DNA of 63,902 bases, filler included, from Lama guanicoe (Eukaryota), in the NCBI GenBank assembly GCA_013239625.1. It is 149 parts of 149 records of this genome, joined end to end, with 100 filler letters (N's around TTAATTAATTAA, not from the genome) between each part and the next. Parts side by side here need not be neighbours in the genome. Positions count along the whole stretch, not along the records: positions 60,124 to 60,454 come from PNXV01056526.1; positions 60,555 to 60,885 come from PNXV01056527.1; positions 60,986 to 61,316 come from PNXV01056528.1; positions 61,417 to 61,747 come from PNXV01056529.1; positions 61,848 to 62,178 come from PNXV01056530.1; positions 62,279 to 62,609 come from PNXV01056531.1; positions 62,710 to 63,040 come from PNXV01056532.1; positions 63,141 to 63,471 come from PNXV01056533.1; 141 more parts are not named here. One strand, written 5' to 3'. A program made the position numbers and the translations under genes. The notes beneath the pieces are model-generated. The model was not told where the DNA came from. It saw only the letters and a list, made by a program, of their open reading frames with translations, and searched no databases. This document shows, one piece after another, positions 60,395-63,902 of the stretch; position 1 is the first letter of the stretch, and each line of letters starts with the position of its first letter.

Positions 60395-60454
60395 GGGGGG
60401 GAGGGTATAGCTCAACTGGTAGTGCAAATGCTTAGCATACTTGAGGTCCTGGGT
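60395..60454 (+). mobile_element. Camelid tRNA-Ala-derived SINE (vic-1-like) 5' end
   Basis: ggggagggtatagctcaactggtagtgcaaatgcttagcatacttgaggtcctgggt has a tRNA-Ala-like head with an A box and the start of a B box; truncated by the contig end. Confidence 0.8.
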
Positions 60455-60554
60455 NNNNNNNNNNNNNNNNNNNNNNNNNNNNNNNNNNNNNNNNNNNNTT
60501 AATTAATTAANNNNNNNNNNNNNNNNNNNNNNNNNNNNNNNNNNNNNNNNNNNN

Positions 60555-60810
60555 CCTCTCCCCCAGCTGCCGGTGGTTTGCTGGCAATCTTTGGCATTTC
60601 TTGGCTTGTAGGTGCATCACCCCAGTCTCTGCCTTCATCTCCCCTTGGCATTCTCCCTGTGTGTGTCTGTGTGCAAATGTCCTCTTTTTATAAGGGACTA
60701 ATATGACCTCTTAGCTAATTATATCTGCAAAGATCCTGTTTTCAAATAAGGTGGCATTCTGAGGCACTGGGTGTTACTCTGAACTTTGGGGGACACAATT
60801 TGACCAGTAG
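60555..60810 (-). mobile_element. MaLR LTR (MLT1A-C-like) fragment
   Basis: ggtttgctggcaatctttggcatttcttggcttgtag.tgcatcaccccagtctctgccttcatct...atctgcaaaga.cct.ttt.caaataaggt...ggggacacaatt. Confidence 0.88.
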
Positions 60811-60985
60811 CAGATGGCATAAGCAGTGAAACAGGCTGGAAAAATGGTCCTTAGCTGAGTCACTTGCTCTCTGTGGTTAGCTAACNNNNNNNNNNNNNNN
60901 NNNNNNNNNNNNNNNNNNNNNNNNNNNNNTTAATTAATTAANNNNNNNNNNNNNNNNNNNNNNNNNNNNNNNNNNNNNNNNNNNN

Positions 60986-61316
60986 GTCTGGGTTTCAACA
61001 GAGCTGAACTGAGATTCCACTGTGTTCCAGGCCAAGTCAGCTAGAAGAAAGTCATCCATTGCTGTTTGAGTTTCATTGCTGGTGAAGAACAAGCTCCCCA
61101 AAGTTTCAAAGCCAGAATTCATGGTCTGTGTTTCTGTGCTGTTCAACTGAACTTTGCTTTCTAAAGCAGGTATGTTTTTAGCAGTGGAGATTCCTTCGGT
61201 TTGGGTCTCTGTGTCAGAGGAATCAGTACTCATGGAAAAGCTGGAGTGTTTCAGAATACTTCCCAGAGGCAGATGAGGGCTACTGTCTAAAAAGAAGTTT
61301 AAGTCCATCTGTGTCT
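60986..61316 (-). CDS. ATMIN: ATMIN (ASCIZ) C-terminal TQT-motif region, frame open; gene or retrocopy
   Basis: DLNFFLDSSPHLPLGSILKHSSFS.STDSSDTETQTEG...NSTETQTM...TSNETQTAMDDFLLADLAWNT.ESQFSSVETQ matches the recalled ATMIN C-terminus with LC8-binding TQT motifs. Confidence 0.92.
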
Positions 61317-61450
61317 NNNNNNNNNNNNNNNNNNNNNNNNNNNNNNNNNNNNNNNNNNNNTTAATTAATTAANNNNNNNNNNNNNNNNNNNNNNNNNNNN
61401 NNNNNNNNNNNNNNNNCTTCTGCCAGCTCTGAGATGACAACAGTACTTAC

Positions 61451-61591
61451 AGGTTCCGGGGGCCTCATGCCAGCCAGGGGAGCGCACACAGTGCGGTGCT
61501 TCTGCACTGGCCCGGGCCGGGGTCCAGAGAATGTCCTGGCTGTCTGGCATTGGACTGTACACTCGGACACTTCTAGCCAGTCCTCTCACCA
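61451..61591 (-). CDS. Candidate 141-nt phase 1-1 exon of unidentified gene
   Basis: Minus strand ttggcttttctttcctcag| ... |gtaagt; only one frame open (VRGLARSVRVYSPMPDSQDILWTPARASAEAPHCVRSPGWHEAPGT); GC and CpG higher than the flanks. Confidence 0.6.
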
Positions 61592-61911
61592 CTGAGGAAA
61601 GAAAAGCCAACACATATTTCTTATGTCTATTTATACATGTTGAGCTTTTGTCATTACTTTTCCCGAACTTCCAGTCTGTAGTAGGATAAACACTGCCCTC
61701 CTTAAACTTTGAATTATCTACACACAAAAGCAGATGAAAACTCTCCANNNNNNNNNNNNNNNNNNNNNNNNNNNNNNNNNNNNNNNNNNNNTTAATTAAT
61801 TAANNNNNNNNNNNNNNNNNNNNNNNNNNNNNNNNNNNNNNNNNNNNGATTTCACCCCAGAATCTGGGGAGCTTAGAAGTAGAAAGAACCTTATAAATCA
61901 TTGAGCCATGT

Positions 61912-62178
61912 GTCAGTGAGGATGTGGAGACATTAAAACCCTCATAAACTGATGGTAGGAATGAAACATGGTGCAGCTGCTTTGGATAACAGTCTGGTAG
62001 TTCCTCAAATGATCAAACACAGGGTTAACATAGGACCCAACAATTCTGTTCCTAGGTGTATTTATACCCAAGAGAAATGAAAATATATGTCCACACAAAA
62101 ACTTATACATGAATGTTTTTAGTAATATTATTAATAATAACTAACACATGGAAACAATCCAAATATCTGCCAACTGAT
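61912..62178 (+). mobile_element. L1M ORF2 C-terminal fragment
   Basis: gtgaggatgtggagacatt...ggtgcagctgctttgga...acccaagagaaatgaaaatatatgtccacacaaaaactt. Confidence 0.92.
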
Positions 62179-62278
62179 NNNNNNNNNNNNNNNNNNNNNN
62201 NNNNNNNNNNNNNNNNNNNNNNTTAATTAATTAANNNNNNNNNNNNNNNNNNNNNNNNNNNNNNNNNNNNNNNNNNNN

Positions 62279-62357
62279 GGTTCTCTCCAGTTCCTCGCCT
62301 GCGTCTTGGGCCATCTTCTTGCAGAGGTCGCGCATCTGACGTGTGGAGTCCAGGTCT
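62279..62357 (-). CDS. Candidate exon start (DLDSTRQMRDLCKKMAQDAGEELERT), coiled-coil-like, runs off the contig
   Basis: Minus strand ttcctaacgtgtgtag|A GAC CTG...; GC3-rich codons, retained CpGs, branch-like ctaac. Confidence 0.5.
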
Positions 62358-62439
62358 CTACACACGTTAGGAATTTCTAGGCAGTAGCTTAGGATTAATC
62401 AGGGTGCACCCTCATATCAAGTGATGAAAGTTTGCAGGA

Positions 62440-62609
62440 ATTACATTGGAACAGGCCAACACCATGTGCCTCCTAACATGACGCCCTGAAAACAACAATG
62501 TCTTTGGTTTTCCTGACAAAAATACATAACTGAAATCTAATCATGAAGACATATCAGACAAATTGGAGCAATAAACAGTCTACAAAATTCCTGGCACATG
62601 TGCTTCAAA
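62440..62609 (+). mobile_element. L1MC/L1MD 3' UTR fragment
   Basis: aatctaatcatgaag..atatcagacaaa...tctacaaaa..cctggc...cttcaaa. Confidence 0.6.
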
Positions 62610-63902
62610 NNNNNNNNNNNNNNNNNNNNNNNNNNNNNNNNNNNNNNNNNNNNTTAATTAATTAANNNNNNNNNNNNNNNNNNNNNNNNNNNNNNNNNNN
62701 NNNNNNNNNGTCCCCTGAATCCTGCCCAGAAGGGAGGCCCAAATCCTCTTGGAGACATAGTGAGAAGAGGCAGGCAGCCAAGGACATGCAAATCCCACGA
62801 TACGCTGTGTGAGTTTGAGTAAGTCCTTTTCCATCGCTAAGCCCTGGACTTCCAACAATTAAGGGGGAGGGGCTCAGCGGTCCTTCCTGCTCTGACCAGC
62901 ACAGAGCTGGGCCTGCATGGGTTGAGTTTTCAGAATCTGGGGAAGGCCCATGACTCCTTCACAGGGCAATGATCCAGTAGTGGTCATGCTGGGAGGTTCC
63001 CAGGAACACATTATGACCAAGGCCAAGGTCCCACCCACTCNNNNNNNNNNNNNNNNNNNNNNNNNNNNNNNNNNNNNNNNNNNNTTAATTAATTAANNNN
63101 NNNNNNNNNNNNNNNNNNNNNNNNNNNNNNNNNNNNNNNNCTCAGACCATACTTACTTTTTCTTTTTCTTTTTTCTGAGTACTGATTCTCAATAGTCTAA
63201 ACTAACAACAAAAAGTATACTTAGGAATTATTTACAACCTACTGGTAAGAGAGCTTGCAAACAAAGGGTTCCTTTTTTATCTAGTCCCTCTCTTGTGGTT
63301 GTGTATCATTCACAGTTAATAAAACCAAATAGCTACTTGCAACATTTGATCCAGTGATTTCCTTATTCAGATCCAGATATTCACTGGATGCCTTTCTTAG
63401 ATTCCAAGTTATCACACATGAAAGTTCGGTCATGTCTATTTTCACTACTATGTAGCATGGGCAGGCAGGAGNNNNNNNNNNNNNNNNNNNNNNNNNNNNN
63501 NNNNNNNNNNNNNNNTTAATTAATTAANNNNNNNNNNNNNNNNNNNNNNNNNNNNNNNNNNNNNNNNNNNNTTTTTTAACATTGAATAGCCTATTCCTAT
63601 GGTTGTTTATTTTTAAATATACTCTTCATGGTTCCAAACTGTGCTGCAAGAAAAACTGTAGAATTGAGGAGACCGATAAACTCAGAACTGAGCGGCTTGA
63701 AGAGCAAATGAGAAAATCTTTTTTCAGTTGTTCTGATCAATTATTTTTTTCTTACCATAATGATATACCCTAAGGCTATAAAAGTGGCTTTATTATTGAA
63801 TGGACTGCAAAAAAGTAAATTTGTTTTTGTGAGTTTAATACTTTATAGTCCATAAATACTTCCTTCCATTGAAATGATTGAACAATAAATTGCAATGCAG
63901 TG

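Noticed and set aside
60395..60454. Functional tRNA-Ala gene
   Set aside because: The stems are degenerate, there is a G-run leader, and it is truncated. It fits a tRNA-derived SINE.

Overview
This window is not a contiguous locus. It is an artificial concatenation of about 149 unplaced mammalian contigs, each 325-331 bp and sorted by length from 328 to 331 bp. They are joined by an identical 100-nt spacer, N44-TTAATTAATTAA-N44, which puts a stop codon in all six frames. Every ORF-track entry ending in X...LIN, X...N or X is truncated by, or created by, this spacer. Gene order and neighbourhood therefore have no biological meaning here. The repeats indicate a eutherian mammal, most likely a camelid (alpaca, llama or camel), based on a tRNA-Ala-derived vic-1-like SINE and camelid-type L1 3' ends. 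Recognisable genic fragments are SMURF1 coding exon 1, one CD109 internal exon, part of an OR2G3-like olfactory receptor, the ATMIN/ASCIZ C-terminus, a frameshifted intronless THOC6 retrocopy and a U6 snRNA pseudogene present in two versions. Several unidentified candidate exons, CpG islands and many L1, L2, MIR, MaLR, ERV, Tigger1 and MER58 fragments are also present. The most informative hidden structures are three contig pairs sharing exactly 49 identical nt at both ends (de Bruijn bubbles at 3-4% divergence), a ~248-bp satellite family in two separate contigs, a 16-bp minisatellite and a G-poor, CpG-rich LTR-like contig. I found no support for a novel multi-gene biological system. Gene and repeat names come from recalled consensus or protein sequences, not from a database search.
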